Shown here in pieces: positions 41,601 through 52,229 of a stretch of 64,000 nucleotides of DNA. Positions within the stretch are counted from its first letter, which is position 1; every line of letters starts with the position of its first letter. The translations under genes and the position numbers were made by a program. The DNA lies in contig CAIJXV010000116.1 in the NCBI GenBank assembly GCA_903824675.1, positions 111,379-175,378 on the forward strand. The letters run 5' to 3'. The notes beneath the pieces were generated by a model. That model saw only the letters and a list, made by a program, of their open reading frames with translations, was not told the origin of the DNA and made no database searches. The DNA is from an uncultured bacterium (GTDB taxonomy: Bacteria; Verrucomicrobiota; Kiritimatiellia; CAIKKV01; CAIJXV01).

Positions 41601-41697
41601 GAAACAGCTGGGCCGCCGGGACTCCGTCAGCGTGTACATCCCATAGACCGCTGATTGCAAAAACAAACCCTAATCCCAAGATTACTGCTTTCTTCAT
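38695..41697 (-). CDS. Large (1000 aa) secreted protein, possibly a glycoside hydrolase with GH42-like trimerisation/amidotransferase-like domain
   Basis: Signal peptide; internal LYLTDRHVPQAASKKIAEWVKNGGKLLVTAGGG resembles the beta-gal trimerisation domain; otherwise unassigned. Confidence 0.35.
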   Translation of the reverse strand: MKKAVILGLGFVFAISGLWDVHADGVPAAQLFRTPGSAVTVAPDGSLICEAEEFQVKKPASAEAVGWQSKRWGDNYYAATFANCFLSRKAFLGAPENCDETVASIQVQVPAAGRYLVLVRYEAAYRFETQFKVKVEQGGKAKLDRLYGARDNMKIWAFGEKLKKEVGWSWGAVENVVWEGHDAYAELQPGLATITLIAGKQPGPAAKRNVDLVMLTTDEAQVQNRIAKENYLPLDGLMTQSGDVWIKVKNPGAAKVTITPSWTEHSPYWVHMRTWKPISVVVEPGQATDWVEIGSVMDSLNDGQWVLNAAGGACKVTFGVKNAAGQIETIRELDVNGKLPLVGFADMRYERRIQTQAEGVKELLDYLAKIPVHGKVPVRTLTYCTTGIAQFQSLYGLAGMNLDASAGPHGYVDWRKGPADIEAQCKAMSEPQRKNIAVVSLGDEITLPTPSGTEATEGFIAYLKGQGVTPKQINPAAGDWTAVTYSVAPAAKASNPGQYYWSMRYYNHFGIQKIKQQTDLVRQYLPNAAVGANYSPHNGTTEHSYLGEVFKWVTCFREDGLTLPWTEDYIWQVPVGSPQMNNISLDLFRAGLRGKPDRKILFYAMPHWPGNTPNMWRRLHYGALGHGMKIMDLFEFQPVWMAYTENHVTRPEMYGMVLKSFRELGLFEDIIQDGQVRGAEAGIWFSETGDIWGDNQGSFAAAKRSLYVAIRNSQIPLDVVVDPDTVSGVLNQYKVLYLTDRHVPQAASKKIAEWVKNGGKLLVTAGGGLLDEYHQPNKDLRDLLGVDPVALDAPADSVVGFIKQDLPFAKAITEVTWSAGADAVPVKFPVFGAVSRVKTAKDVVVQGKFKDDSPAVTVRKVGKGEAIYCAFLPGLSFFRPAIPLKPVDRGSSDDAMAHFLPTEFDAGVRALVQAPAAALKIPVWTDRNFVEAMMVEAKSGIAISVVNWSDQSVTGLNLTVSVPVPKKAELASGGKVEMKKEGDATVFTFDLSQADALILR

Positions 41698-41812
41698 CGT
41701 TTAATCCTTTCGGTGCCCACTATGCCCGGACTCATCGGTCGTGTGCTTTCATTACGGAGCTGGGGACTATAGGGTGGAAAGGTTAAAGGTGTCAACCGAA
41801 CTCGAAACACGA

Positions 41813-41858
41813 AGCTCAAAAAACGAACGGGCAACCGCTGAGCGGTTGCCCGTCTTTT
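41813..41858. terminator. Rho-independent (bidirectional) terminator downstream of the rhodanese gene
   Basis: GC hairpin gggcaaccgc-tgag-gcggttgccc flanked by A6 upstream and T4 downstream on the + strand (a T6 run on the - strand). Confidence 0.5.
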
Positions 41859-41899
41859 AGTCGACCCTAATCTACCCGACGCCTCTCATTTTACGCAGA

Positions 41900-42430
41900 T
41901 CAGCGTTTCACCTCGACGATTGTTTGCCCAGCCGTGATCCATCCTTCGATTCCCTCGGGGAATTCGACCACGTTCAAGAACCCATCTTTTTGCAGACGTT
42001 CAGCCAATAGATGGCTGGCCGGACACTTCAACCCTGCACAGTAGGTGACGATAAGAGCGGTCTTATCGGGTATTGCCGCCTGAACCTCATCGGGCGTCGA
42101 AGCGGCATTCAGGGACTTCGCCCCGGGAATACGTTTACCGTCATCCCATTTCCCGGAACGGGCGTCGAAGATCAACATCGGGACCTTCGCGCGTATCAGG
42201 GCCTCCAACCCCGCCACCGAGATCGTTCCGTCATGGCCCTGACTGACTTTATCACCTGCCTTGATCGAAACCTCGCACTTCCCTCCTTCGCATTTCATCG
42301 CTTTATCTGTTCCACTCACGGACGGGGTATCACAACACTTCGCCCCCCCGGCCCAGACTGAAGCCGTAATCAGACTTACACACACACCACTCAACCATAA
42401 GGCTTTCATTGAATTCCTCTTCCTTTTCAA
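41900..42430 (-). CDS. Secreted rhodanese-domain sulfurtransferase
   Basis: Signal peptide; rhodanese fold with active-site Cys in TYCAGLKCPAS. Confidence 0.7.
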   Translation of the reverse strand: MKRKRNSMKALWLSGVCVSLITASVWAGGAKCCDTPSVSGTDKAMKCEGGKCEVSIKAGDKVSQGHDGTISVAGLEALIRAKVPMLIFDARSGKWDDGKRIPGAKSLNAASTPDEVQAAIPDKTALIVTYCAGLKCPASHLLAERLQKDGFLNVVEFPEGIEGWITAGQTIVEVKR

Positions 42431-42621
42431 GGTTCATTTTATTCAATAGCATGGATTATGCCAATCGCATCCCACTTGTTAACCCCTTTATTCAGGCGGG
42501 TCTCAATGGCCTGACTGCCTCATGCAACAACGCTGAAACACTCCCTTGATGCAACCGGACACCCCGTGTTTCAAAAAACTTTACTCTCCCGTTCTGATAC
42601 GGTATTCTGCCAACCGTTTGA

Positions 42622-43401
<780 letters not shown>

Positions 43402-43412
43402 AACAGGAGATT

Positions 43413-43982
43413 ATGGATATGGACTCTTACGAAGAAGCCGTATTGGATGCCGAAGACAAGATGGAAAAGTGCATTCATCACCTTCAGGACGAGTTCTCGG
43501 GAGTACGCACCGGCAAAGCCAGTCCCAATCTCGTCGAAAACGTCATGGTCCCTTATTACGGAACCCTCACCCGCTTGCGGGAAATCGCCGGGATCTCCAC
43601 CCCCGAAGCGCGCCTGCTCGTCATCAACGCCTTCGATCCCACCGCCTTACCCGCCATCGAAAAAGCCATCCTGGCCGCCAATCTGGGAATTACCCCGAAA
43701 AACGATGGCCGGGTCATTCGCATCCCCATTCCCGAACTTAGCGAGGAACGGCGCAAGGAATTGGCCAAAGTTACCAAGCGGATGGCCGAGGAAGGAAGGG
43801 TCGCCATCCGAAATATCCGCCGCGACACCAATGAAACTATCAAAAACCTCCAAAAACAGACTAAAATCACCGAAGACGAACGCGATCAGGGGCTGGAGGA
43901 GATCCAGAAACAGACCGATCGCTTCACCCAAAAAATCGATGAACTTCTGACTTCCAAGGAAAAAGAAATCATGGCGGTCTGA
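43413..43982 (+). CDS. frr: Ribosome recycling factor
   Basis: 189 aa; VRTGKASPNLVENVMVPYYG...RNIRRD motifs. Confidence 0.9.
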   Translation: MDMDSYEEAVLDAEDKMEKCIHHLQDEFSGVRTGKASPNLVENVMVPYYGTLTRLREIAGISTPEARLLVINAFDPTALPAIEKAILAANLGITPKNDGRVIRIPIPELSEERRKELAKVTKRMAEEGRVAIRNIRRDTNETIKNLQKQTKITEDERDQGLEEIQKQTDRFTQKIDELLTSKEKEIMAV

Positions 43983-44049
43983 TAAGTCCCTTTTAGTGTT
44001 GCGGTCTCCCCCTTTTTCGGCTACATAAGGGGTTGGTTTTTTGTGAGGT

Positions 44050-45063
44050 TTGGGAGAAGTCATGAATGATGAGATCAAAAACGCCAGCACGGGTGCCCCG
44101 CCTAAATTGATTTTGCGCCGTCCCGCTGTCGGTATTCCAACAGATCCCCCCGCTCCCGACTCGCCGGGCAAAGAGTCGCGGCCGCCCACCACTAAAAAGC
44201 AAACCACTCGGATCGAGTTATCCACGGTTGAAGCCCCCGCCGCCAGCGGTTCCAAACCCCAAAAACAGACCTCCCGGATTTCGCTTGAAGCCGCCACCCC
44301 GGCGCAACCCGAATCCAGTTCACCTCTCTCGGGGATTCTCGAAAGCGCACCGTCCGACGAAGCCGCTCTCCGAACAATTAAAATTAAACGCCCGGCCTCC
44401 TCACAGGCGCCCAAACTTTCACAACCCATCGAACTCCTGCTTAACCGGCAATCAGCCGATCAAGAGCGGATTTCCCTGAAAAAACAAACTTCCCGAATCT
44501 CATTGGAAGCGGCGCTCACTCCCGAAGAGCCCACGTCGGCCCCCATTGCCGAAGGCGTTCCCACGGGGACTCCGGCCACCATCCGAATCAAGCGCCCGGG
44601 AAAAACGGTTTCCGAAGCACCGGCGGCGGAAGCGGCGACGCCATCCCCCTTGCCGTTGACCGAACAACCAACGCTGACCAAAAACCAAACGTCCAAAATC
44701 GAAATCGCGCCGTCGGCCATTCCTGCAACTCAAAGCGAAGGCCAACCCACCCAGCGAAAAACCATCAAGATCCGCAGACCTGACGGCAGTCCCTCGCCCA
44801 CCATTCAGCGGTCTGGCGGTGGCGGAGGTCGTCCCCACATCCGACTCGGCGGCAAGGATGCACCAACGGCAACACCGGACGGAGAAGCTAACGATCTCCC
44901 CCCTCGTTCCCCCTTGGAACCCGTGCTGGAAAGTCCCCTCACACCTCGACAAAAAATCCTGCGCCTGGCGGGTAATATTGTCTTTTCAGCCGTTGGATCC
45001 TTTGCTGTCATCATCTCGGGAATCGTGATTTACGTCCTGACCCTTCAAAAATACGACTGGTAA
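44050..45063 (+). CDS. Low-complexity repeat protein with C-terminal transmembrane anchor
   Basis: Alternating motifs KQT(S/T)RI(S/E)L(E/S)AA x4 and (T/A)IKI(K/R)RP x3 in a Pro/Ser/Thr/Ala-rich chain; C-terminal TM IVFSAVGSFAVIISGIVIYVL. Confidence 0.55.
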   Translation: MGEVMNDEIKNASTGAPPKLILRRPAVGIPTDPPAPDSPGKESRPPTTKKQTTRIELSTVEAPAASGSKPQKQTSRISLEAATPAQPESSSPLSGILESAPSDEAALRTIKIKRPASSQAPKLSQPIELLLNRQSADQERISLKKQTSRISLEAALTPEEPTSAPIAEGVPTGTPATIRIKRPGKTVSEAPAAEAATPSPLPLTEQPTLTKNQTSKIEIAPSAIPATQSEGQPTQRKTIKIRRPDGSPSPTIQRSGGGGGRPHIRLGGKDAPTATPDGEANDLPPRSPLEPVLESPLTPRQKILRLAGNIVFSAVGSFAVIISGIVIYVLTLQKYDW

Positions 45064-45080
45064 TTCTTTAGGAGATTCCT

Positions 45081-45404
45081 ATGTCCGCTCTCGTCCACAT
45101 CACGGAAGCCAATTGGAAAAGTGAAGTTCTCGATTCCTCTATTCCCGTCCTGGTTGATTTCTGGGCAGAATGGTGCGGCCCCTGCCGCGCTCTCGCCCCC
45201 ATCCTCGACGAACTCGCCCCCGAAGTGGCTGGCAAACTCAAGATCGTCAAGGTTGATGTCGATGAAAACCAGCAAATTGCAGGACAATTTGGAATCCGTT
45301 CCATCCCGACCCTATTGATCATGTCTCAGGGAACCGTCAAGGCCCAGATGGTCGGCGCGATGAACAAGGCCGCTCTCAAAGATAAATTGGCGGCTTTCAT
45401 TTAA
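45081..45404 (+). CDS. trxA: Thioredoxin
   Basis: WAEWCGPCRALAP active site; 107 aa. Confidence 0.9.
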   Translation: MSALVHITEANWKSEVLDSSIPVLVDFWAEWCGPCRALAPILDELAPEVAGKLKIVKVDVDENQQIAGQFGIRSIPTLLIMSQGTVKAQMVGAMNKAALKDKLAAFI

Positions 45405-45433
45405 GTTAAGCGTTCCGCAGGGCTCAGGCCCCA

Positions 45434-45913
45434 TCAGGGGATCCGGTAACGAGGATCCAACTGAAACGCATTTTCGATATGCCTCAATTCACGTGGCGTC
45501 TTGAGTTCCGGTGTTCCGATCACTTCCACCACATCGAACCGGAACAATCGGCGAGGACATCGCAGGGCTTTCAGATACCGGATGGCCGCCCGCGATAAAG
45601 CCGCCCGTTTGGACCGGTTGACCGCAGCGATCGGGCGCCCATACTCTTCGCGTTGCCGGGTTTTAACCTCCACGAAAACGAGTGTTTCCCTCTGGCGCAT
45701 GACGAGATCGATTTCATCTCGCCGACCCACCCGAACCCGCGCACCCAGGCAGGTATATCCCTGCCGCTCCAAGTAAAGCCGGGCCTGCGCTTCGCCCCAT
45801 CGCCCCGCCACCAGATGAGCCGGCTCGTCGGGTGGCGACTGGATCCAGCTCAAAATCCATTGGATAAATTTCAACTCGTTGCCCCTTTTTACCCCTTCGC
45901 CCATGTCTTCCAA
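45434..45913 (-). CDS. yraN: YraN-family (UPF0102) endonuclease
   Basis: GEAQARLYLERQGYTCLGARVRVGRRDEIDLVMRQRETLVFVEVKTR core; start may be the internal Met. Confidence 0.75.
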   Translation of the reverse strand: MEDMGEGVKRGNELKFIQWILSWIQSPPDEPAHLVAGRWGEAQARLYLERQGYTCLGARVRVGRRDEIDLVMRQRETLVFVEVKTRQREEYGRPIAAVNRSKRAALSRAAIRYLKALRCPRRLFRFDVVEVIGTPELKTPRELRHIENAFQLDPRYRIP

Positions 45914-45917
45914 CAGG

Positions 45918-46565
45918 TCACACCATTCGATCCCGCACGCCCATCGCCTCTCTCACCGGACGGAAGGACCGGCGATGGATCGGACAAGGCCCGAGATCGA
46001 GCAGGGCCCGAATGTGGACCTGGGTGCCATATCCCTTGTGCCGGGCAAAACCATAACCCGGATAACACCGGTCCATTTCTTCCATGATCCGGTCCCGGGT
46101 GACCTTGGCGATGACACTCGCAGCGGCAATCGACAAACTCCGCCCATCTCCCCCCACAATCGCCTGTGACCGACAGGGCAATCCGGGAACGGGCAGGCCA
46201 TCCACCAAGGCCAGATCAGGCAGGGAAGGAAGTCGGTTCAACGCCTCGGCCATAACGTGGTGGGTGGCTCTAAGAATATTAAGACGGTCGATCAGATCGA
46301 CATCGCCGATCCCCACCCCGATTTCGATACCGGGGGTTTCCGTCAGCCGTTTATAAAAAAAATCCCGCTGAATGCGGGTCAATTGCTTGGAATCCGTCAG
46401 GCCGGAAAAATCACCATACAACTCGGCCAAGATTAATTCAGGCGGGAACACCACAGCAGCGGCGACCACCGGTCCCGCCAGGGGACCGCGTCCCGCCTCG
46501 TCCACGCCAGCCACCCGCCGGCAGAGGGCACTCCAAGCCTGGCGTTCAAAAAAAAGCACCGTCAA
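45918..46565 (-). CDS. rnhB: Ribonuclease HII
   Basis: VAGVDEAGRGPLAGPVVAAAVV catalytic motif. Confidence 0.9.
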   Translation of the reverse strand: MTVLFFERQAWSALCRRVAGVDEAGRGPLAGPVVAAAVVFPPELILAELYGDFSGLTDSKQLTRIQRDFFYKRLTETPGIEIGVGIGDVDLIDRLNILRATHHVMAEALNRLPSLPDLALVDGLPVPGLPCRSQAIVGGDGRSLSIAAASVIAKVTRDRIMEEMDRCYPGYGFARHKGYGTQVHIRALLDLGPCPIHRRSFRPVREAMGVRDRMV

Positions 46566-46590
46566 TCTCCGGGCAGGCCCGGGCTCCGCT

Positions 46591-46980
46591 TCAAGCCGGA
46601 GTCGGGGCGGCCACCGCGGCCGTCATCGCCTTGTTTTTCTCGCGCAACTTGGCGGTCTTACCCGATCGTTCGCGAAGATAGTAGAGCTTGGCGCGCCGGA
46701 CATGTCCGGAGCTTTCCACCTTGAGTCCGGCGACGCTCGGGGAATGCAAAGGGAAAACCCGTTCCACTCCGACGCCATGGGAATTTTTCCGGACGGTAAA
46801 CGTCTCCGTGGAGCTTCCGCCATCACGGGCGATGACCAGACCGGTATAACTCTGGATACGTTCCTTTTCGCCTTCTTTAATCTTCACCTGAACCGTAACG
46901 GTATCCCCGATCCGGAACTCCGGCAGGGTGTTTTTACGCAGGTTTTCACGGTTTATTTTTTCGATCGCTTTTGTGATCAT
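46591..46980 (-). CDS. rplS: 50S ribosomal protein L19
   Basis: [52 protein letters not shown]. Confidence 0.9.
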   Translation of the reverse strand: MITKAIEKINRENLRKNTLPEFRIGDTVTVQVKIKEGEKERIQSYTGLVIARDGGSSTETFTVRKNSHGVGVERVFPLHSPSVAGLKVESSGHVRRAKLYYLRERSGKTAKLREKNKAMTAAVAAPTPA

Positions 46981-47666
46981 GATTCCCTCTCTTGCTTCAA
47001 TAAATCCGGTCGTCGCTCAGCCGTCCGCCGACGGGCTTCCTCGGCCCGCCACCGCGCTATCTCTGCATGGTTGCCCGATACCAGCACATCCGGCACCGCC
47101 TGACCCCGGAACTCCCGCGGCCGGGTGTATTGCGGATACTCGAGCAAACCCTGGTTAAACGATTCCTCCAGCGTGGCCCCTTCGCCGCCGAGAACTCCCG
47201 GCAACAGGCGCACCACCGCATCGATCACCACCGCAGCGGATAAAACCCCGTTCGTCAACACATAGTCGCCGATCGAAATTTCATCCGTCACCAACCCCGT
47301 CCGCACCCGCTCATCCACCCCCTCATAATGGCCGCAGACAAACACGAGGTGCGTCTCTGCACTCAAGGCCACCGCCCGGTCCTGGTTGAACGGCCGACCC
47401 TGGGGCGTCATCAAAATCACCCGAGCCGCCGGAGTTCGCACCGACTCCACCGCCGAAAAAATCGGCTCCGGCTTCATCACCATTCCCGGCCCCCCACCAA
47501 ACGCCCGCTCGTCAGTCGTCTGATGCCGATCCGTCGCAAAATCCCGGAGATTGATCATCCGGTATTCCACCGCCCCCATCTGGGCCGCCCGCTTCAACAT
47601 GCTCTCCTCAAGAAAGCCGCTGATCATCCGCGGAAAAATGGTGATCACATCGATCTTGAGCGGCAC
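46977..47666 (-). CDS. trmD: tRNA (guanine37-N1)-methyltransferase (GTG start proposed)
   Basis: (M)[17 protein letters not shown]...; GTG at 47664-47666 with GGGAG RBS; the track's ATG extension would overlap the upstream gene. Confidence 0.85.
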   Translation of the reverse strand: MPLKIDVITIFPRMISGFLEESMLKRAAQMGAVEYRMINLRDFATDRHQTTDERAFGGGPGMVMKPEPIFSAVESVRTPAARVILMTPQGRPFNQDRAVALSAETHLVFVCGHYEGVDERVRTGLVTDEISIGDYVLTNGVLSAAVVIDAVVRLLPGVLGGEGATLEESFNQGLLEYPQYTRPREFRGQAVPDVLVSGNHAEIARWRAEEARRRTAERRPDLLKQERES

Positions 47667-47679
47667 AATGGCTCCCGGA

Positions 47680-47922
47680 CTATTGGACGATCTCCACCAC
47701 CACCCGTTGTTTTTCACGGGCAGCCAGACTGGAGACCAAAATCTGAATCGCTCCGATCGTCCGTCCACTACGACCGATCAGCCGACCCAAATCCCGGGCA
47801 TCGCACCGAATCTCCAATACCGTCGTCTGTCGGCCCAGCACACTGCTGATTTTTACGGCTGCCGGATATTCGGCCAGCGGCTCGATCAACAAATGGGTGT
47901 ACGCCTTTAAATCCGCTTTCAT
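47680..47922 (-). CDS. KH-domain RNA-binding protein (UPF0109/YlqC-like)
   Basis: Start at internal Met ([16 protein letters not shown]...); KH signature [14 protein letters not shown]; sits between rpsP and trmD. Confidence 0.7.
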   Translation of the reverse strand: MKADLKAYTHLLIEPLAEYPAAVKISSVLGRQTTVLEIRCDARDLGRLIGRSGRTIGAIQILVSSLAAREKQRVVVEIVQ

Positions 47923-48167
47923 TTCGCCACAGGGCGTCGACGACGGATCAAACTGAGTACCGTTTCCGATACTTGTGCGCCATGTTTGCGCCAATATTCG
48001 ATCCGGTCCATTTTCAGGCTGAAATTTTCGCCCTTGACCTTGGGATCATACCATCCGACGTTTTCAATGATCTTACCGTCACGGGGTGAACGCATATCGG
48101 CCACCACACAGCGGTAGCTGATGTCTTTGTTGGCACCCGTACGGGTCAACCTGATCTTTACGGCCAT
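47919..48167 (-). CDS. rpsP: 30S ribosomal protein S16
   Basis: MAVKIRLTRTGANKDISYRCVVADMRSPRDGKIIENVGWYDP. Confidence 0.9.
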   Translation of the reverse strand: MAVKIRLTRTGANKDISYRCVVADMRSPRDGKIIENVGWYDPKVKGENFSLKMDRIEYWRKHGAQVSETVLSLIRRRRPVAK

Positions 48168-48246
48168 TCCAATCCTCCCTTACCGACCGCCACCGATATC
48201 GCCGGAGAAACGGTCCTGTCTGTTACAAAACGGATAAAATGCCAGA

Positions 48247-49584
48247 TTACCGCATCCATTGCAACCTTTTTTGCATCCGGCCAAATTGGCGGGCCATTTT
48301 ACGGGCCTGGTCAAATTGCCGGAGCAGGTCATTCACATCGGTAACCGTGGTGCCGCTCCCCCGGGCAATCCGTTGCCGTCGACTGGCCTTGATGATATCG
48401 GGGTTCCGCCGTTCCCCAGGGGTCATGCTCCGAATAATCGCTTCGTTGCGCTTGACAAACCCTTTCATCTGATCAGCCCCACCGGAAGCCATATGCGATC
48501 GCATTTGATTCCGCTCGCGCCCCCCCATCGGCAATAAATCGAGCAAATTCTCCATGGGGCCCATTTTCTTCATCTGCTGGATCTGCTCCAGAAAATCCTG
48601 CAAATCGAAGCGGTTGCTCTTCAACCGTTTTTCAAAATTGGAAATAGCCTCGGGATCGGCCGCCAACTGGGCTTTTTCCACAAGGCTGATCACGTCGCCC
48701 ATGCCGAGAATCCGGGAAGCCATCCGTTCGGGGTGAAACGGCTCCAGATCGCCTTGATGCTCGCCTGTTCCCGTGAAGACGATCGGACACCCGGTCACGG
48801 CATGGATCGACAACGCCGCACCGCCACGCGCGTCTCCGTCCAATTTGGTCAGAATCAGCCCGGTCAGCCCGACTTCCTTGTGAAAGACCTCGGCAACATG
48901 CACCGATTCCTGACCGATGGCGGCATCGACCACCAGTAATACATTACGGGCCTTGATCGCCGCCTGCAGATCCTTCAACTCCGCCACTAGATCGGCGTCG
49001 ATCTGGAATCGCCCCCCCGTATCAAAAATCACGATGTCGCGGGTCGCATCCCAAGCCGCCTTCAGCGCCCGCGCTCCCAAGGCCGGGACGCTCTCTCCCG
49101 CCTGAGGCGTGATGATTTCAACCCCTGCCTGCCGGGCCAAAACCGTCAGTTGCTCGACGGCCGCCGGGCGCCGGATGTCAGCCGCCACCAGGAGCACATT
49201 CCGACCCTGACTCTTCCAATGCGCTGCCAGTTTCCCGGCCGAAGTCGTTTTACCCGATCCGTGCAAGCCGACCAGCATCACCACCGCAGGGGTCCCGTTC
49301 AAGTCCGGAGGCTGGGCGTTACTGCCCAACAGGACGATCAATTCATCGTGCACCCGTTTAACGATCTGCTGTCCCGGGGTAATGCTTCCCAATACCTCTT
49401 CGCCCAGGCATTTTTGCGTCACCCGCTCAATGAAATCCCGCGCGACCTGAAAATTAACATCCGCCTCCAAGAGCGCCATCCGGACTTCGCGAAGCGCATC
49501 CCGAACATTGGATTCGTTGAGTTTTCCGGCCCCGCGTAACCGGTCGAAAATGCCCCCCAGGGCGTTGGATAATGAATCAAACAC
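48247..49584 (-). CDS. ffh: Signal recognition particle protein Ffh
   Basis: NG domain GLHGSGKTTSAGKLA, DTGGR; Met-rich M domain. Confidence 0.92.
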   Translation of the reverse strand: MFDSLSNALGGIFDRLRGAGKLNESNVRDALREVRMALLEADVNFQVARDFIERVTQKCLGEEVLGSITPGQQIVKRVHDELIVLLGSNAQPPDLNGTPAVVMLVGLHGSGKTTSAGKLAAHWKSQGRNVLLVAADIRRPAAVEQLTVLARQAGVEIITPQAGESVPALGARALKAAWDATRDIVIFDTGGRFQIDADLVAELKDLQAAIKARNVLLVVDAAIGQESVHVAEVFHKEVGLTGLILTKLDGDARGGAALSIHAVTGCPIVFTGTGEHQGDLEPFHPERMASRILGMGDVISLVEKAQLAADPEAISNFEKRLKSNRFDLQDFLEQIQQMKKMGPMENLLDLLPMGGRERNQMRSHMASGGADQMKGFVKRNEAIIRSMTPGERRNPDIIKASRRQRIARGSGTTVTDVNDLLRQFDQARKMARQFGRMQKRLQWMR

Positions 49585-49597
49585 AGCGCATCCGTCC

Positions 49598-52117
49598 TTA
49601 TTTGACCGCCGGCTCCAAGGCCTTGAAAACCAACCCTGTCTCGCCCCGGTCGGCGTACACGGTCATCCCCTCGCTAAAGTCGCCCCGTAAAATTTCTTCC
49701 GCCAGAGGATCCTCCAACAGACTCTGTACGGCTCGTCGCAGCGGTCGTGCGCCCAGCGACGGATCGAAGCCCTTCTCCAGCAGATAGTCCCGGGCGGCAT
49801 CGCTTAATTCGATCGTCAGGCCGCGCGCCGTCAGCCGGTCGTAAATCCGCTGCAGTTCAATCTGGAGAATCCGGACGACATCCGCGCGCTCCAAGGGACG
49901 GAACACCACCACCTCATCCATACGGTTCAGAAATTCCGGTTTGAAGACCCGCTTGATCTCCTCCAGCATCCGGCCCTTCATGGCGGCATAATCATGCACG
50001 CCTTTCGCCGGCCCGCTGAATCCCAACCCGCCGCCTTTTCGCAACAGGTCGGTTCCCAGGTTCGAAGTCAAAATGATCACCGTGTTCCGGAAGTCGACAT
50101 GTCGACCGAAGTTATCCGTCAGGCGTCCTTCCTCCAGAATCTGCAACAGCATATTCATCACATCCGGATGGGCCTTTTCCACCTCGTCAAATAAGACCAC
50201 CGAATAGGGCCGGCGGCGCACCTTCTCGGTCAATTGCCCGCCTTCATCGTATCCCACATAGCCGGGAGGCGACCCGACCAGCCGGGAAACGGTGAATTTC
50301 TCCATGTATTCCGACATGTCGAGCTGAATCAGCGCATCCGCGTTGTCGAACATGAATTCGGCCAGCGCCTTGGCCAGCAATGTTTTGCCCACTCCGGTCG
50401 GCCCCAAAAAGACGAACGATCCGATCGGCCGACGGGGATCCTTCAGGTCCGCCCGTGAACGGCGCAGGGCCCGGGACACAACGCCCACCGCCTCATCCTG
50501 GCCAATCACCTTTCGGGACAGTTCCTCTTCCATCTTGAGCAACCGGCTGAGTTCCTTGCCATCCAAACGGCTCAACGGCACCCCGGTCCACTTGGCAATC
50601 ACCTGCTTGACCTCTTCCGCCGTCACCTTGATCCGCCGCTTACGCACCCCGTCATCCCATTTCTTAACCGCCACCTCCAACGCCTCGCGCAACTGACGCT
50701 CCCGGTCTCGAAGTTTGGCCGCCTCTTCGAATTTCTGCTCTCGGATCGCCGTCTCTTTGCGCTGGCGGACCTTCTCAATCTCGAGTTCCCGCTTGCGCAA
50801 CTCAGGGGAGCGGGTCGAGGCCACAATCCGCGCCCGGGCACCGGCTTCATCAATCGTGTCAATCGCTTTGTCCGGCAGGTTTCGCCCCGTCAGGTAACGA
50901 TCAGTAAACCGCGCCGCCGCCTCAATCGCATCATCGGTGAACGCCACTTTATGGTGCTCTTCATATTTATGGCGGATGCCCTTTAAAATCTCGATCGTGT
51001 CCTCCACACTCGGCGCCTCCACCCGAACCGTCTGAAACCGGCGCTCCAAGGCGGAATCCTTCTCGATGAATTTGCGGAATTCATTGACTGTCGTCGCGCC
51101 AATGCACTGCAACTCACCCCGTGCCAGTGCCGGCTTGATGATATTGGAGGCATCCATTGCGCCTTCCGCCGAACCGGCCCCCACCAGGGTGTGCAACTCA
51201 TCGATAAATAAAATAATATTCCCGGAGCGCTTGATCTCGTCCATCACCGCCTTGATCCGCTCTTCAAACTGACCGCGGTATTTCGTCCCGGCAATCATCA
51301 ACGCCAGGTCCAGAGTGATCACCTTCCGCGTCCGCATCTGCTCCGGCACGCGCCCCTCGACAATGGCCTCCGCCAATCCCTCCACAATCGCCGTCTTGCC
51401 CACGCCGGCATCTCCCAGCAATACCGCGTTGTTCTTCGTCCGCCGACAGAGGATTTGAATCGTCCGCTCCAACTCATCCCGCCGGCCAATCACCGGATCG
51501 AGTTCTCCCTTGCGCGCCATATCCGTCAAATCCCGGCCAAAGGCGTTCAATGCAGGGGTTTTGGATTTGGCCGGACCCGCAGCCCCCCCCGGCGCAGGAG
51601 CCCCGGACGGAGCGCCAGCCCCCGGCGCATGCGGCTCTCCCGCCCCCGCCTCCTCATCCCCCGGTTCGAAATTGGGATCCAATTCCTTCATCACTTCCAA
51701 CCGGGTGGTTTCCAGATCCACATTCAAGTTGCGCAGTACCTGGGCAGCCACCCCTTCGCCCTCCCGTAACAGTCCCAGCAGGATGTGTTCCGTCCCGATG
51801 TAGGTATGGTTCAGCGCCTTGGCTTCGGCTGCAGCCAGTTGTAATACTTTTTTCGCCCGCGGGGTAAAGGGCACATTCCCTACGGTTTTGGTCGCCGGCC
51901 CCTGCCCCACCGCTTTCTCAACTTCCATCCGCACCGTTTCCAGCGAGATATTCATCCGCTCTAAAACCGTCACCGCCACCCCTTGGCCCAAGGCACTCAA
52001 CCCCAACAAAATATGTTCGGTCCCGATGTAGGGATGGTTGAATCGTTCCGCTTCGGCCCGGGCCAGTTGAAGGGCCTGTTGGGCGCGTGGCGTATAGTTG
52101 CTTCCAGATCCATTCAT
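49598..52117 (-). CDS. clpC: ATP-dependent Clp protease ATP-binding subunit ClpC
   Basis: Two Clp_N repeats; AAA1 [15 protein letters not shown]; UVR-like linker; AAA2 [15 protein letters not shown]. Confidence 0.92.
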   Translation of the reverse strand: MNGSGSNYTPRAQQALQLARAEAERFNHPYIGTEHILLGLSALGQGVAVTVLERMNISLETVRMEVEKAVGQGPATKTVGNVPFTPRAKKVLQLAAAEAKALNHTYIGTEHILLGLLREGEGVAAQVLRNLNVDLETTRLEVMKELDPNFEPGDEEAGAGEPHAPGAGAPSGAPAPGGAAGPAKSKTPALNAFGRDLTDMARKGELDPVIGRRDELERTIQILCRRTKNNAVLLGDAGVGKTAIVEGLAEAIVEGRVPEQMRTRKVITLDLALMIAGTKYRGQFEERIKAVMDEIKRSGNIILFIDELHTLVGAGSAEGAMDASNIIKPALARGELQCIGATTVNEFRKFIEKDSALERRFQTVRVEAPSVEDTIEILKGIRHKYEEHHKVAFTDDAIEAAARFTDRYLTGRNLPDKAIDTIDEAGARARIVASTRSPELRKRELEIEKVRQRKETAIREQKFEEAAKLRDRERQLREALEVAVKKWDDGVRKRRIKVTAEEVKQVIAKWTGVPLSRLDGKELSRLLKMEEELSRKVIGQDEAVGVVSRALRRSRADLKDPRRPIGSFVFLGPTGVGKTLLAKALAEFMFDNADALIQLDMSEYMEKFTVSRLVGSPPGYVGYDEGGQLTEKVRRRPYSVVLFDEVEKAHPDVMNMLLQILEEGRLTDNFGRHVDFRNTVIILTSNLGTDLLRKGGGLGFSGPAKGVHDYAAMKGRMLEEIKRVFKPEFLNRMDEVVVFRPLERADVVRILQIELQRIYDRLTARGLTIELSDAARDYLLEKGFDPSLGARPLRRAVQSLLEDPLAEEILRGDFSEGMTVYADRGETGLVFKALEPAVK

Positions 52118-52229
52118 GGCTCATTCCTCAGTCTAAAGGCCTGCTGTCGACCCTCAAACAAGGGTCTTCTAAACCCATGCATTATAGTATTTTAAGGGGT
52201 TTTTACAATCATTTTGCGCAAAGGATAAT

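Noticed and set aside
39838-41646. 602-aa ORF on the + strand, plus many other 60-250-aa antisense ORFs in the track (e.g. 192..677-, 2227..2748+, 30887..31657+, 31323..32039+, 46372..47103+, 44500..44952-)
   Set aside because: All lie antisense to genes with strong, motif-supported homology. Their translations are Arg/Pro/Gly-rich low-complexity strings typical of open antisense frames in high-GC DNA. No motifs were recognised.
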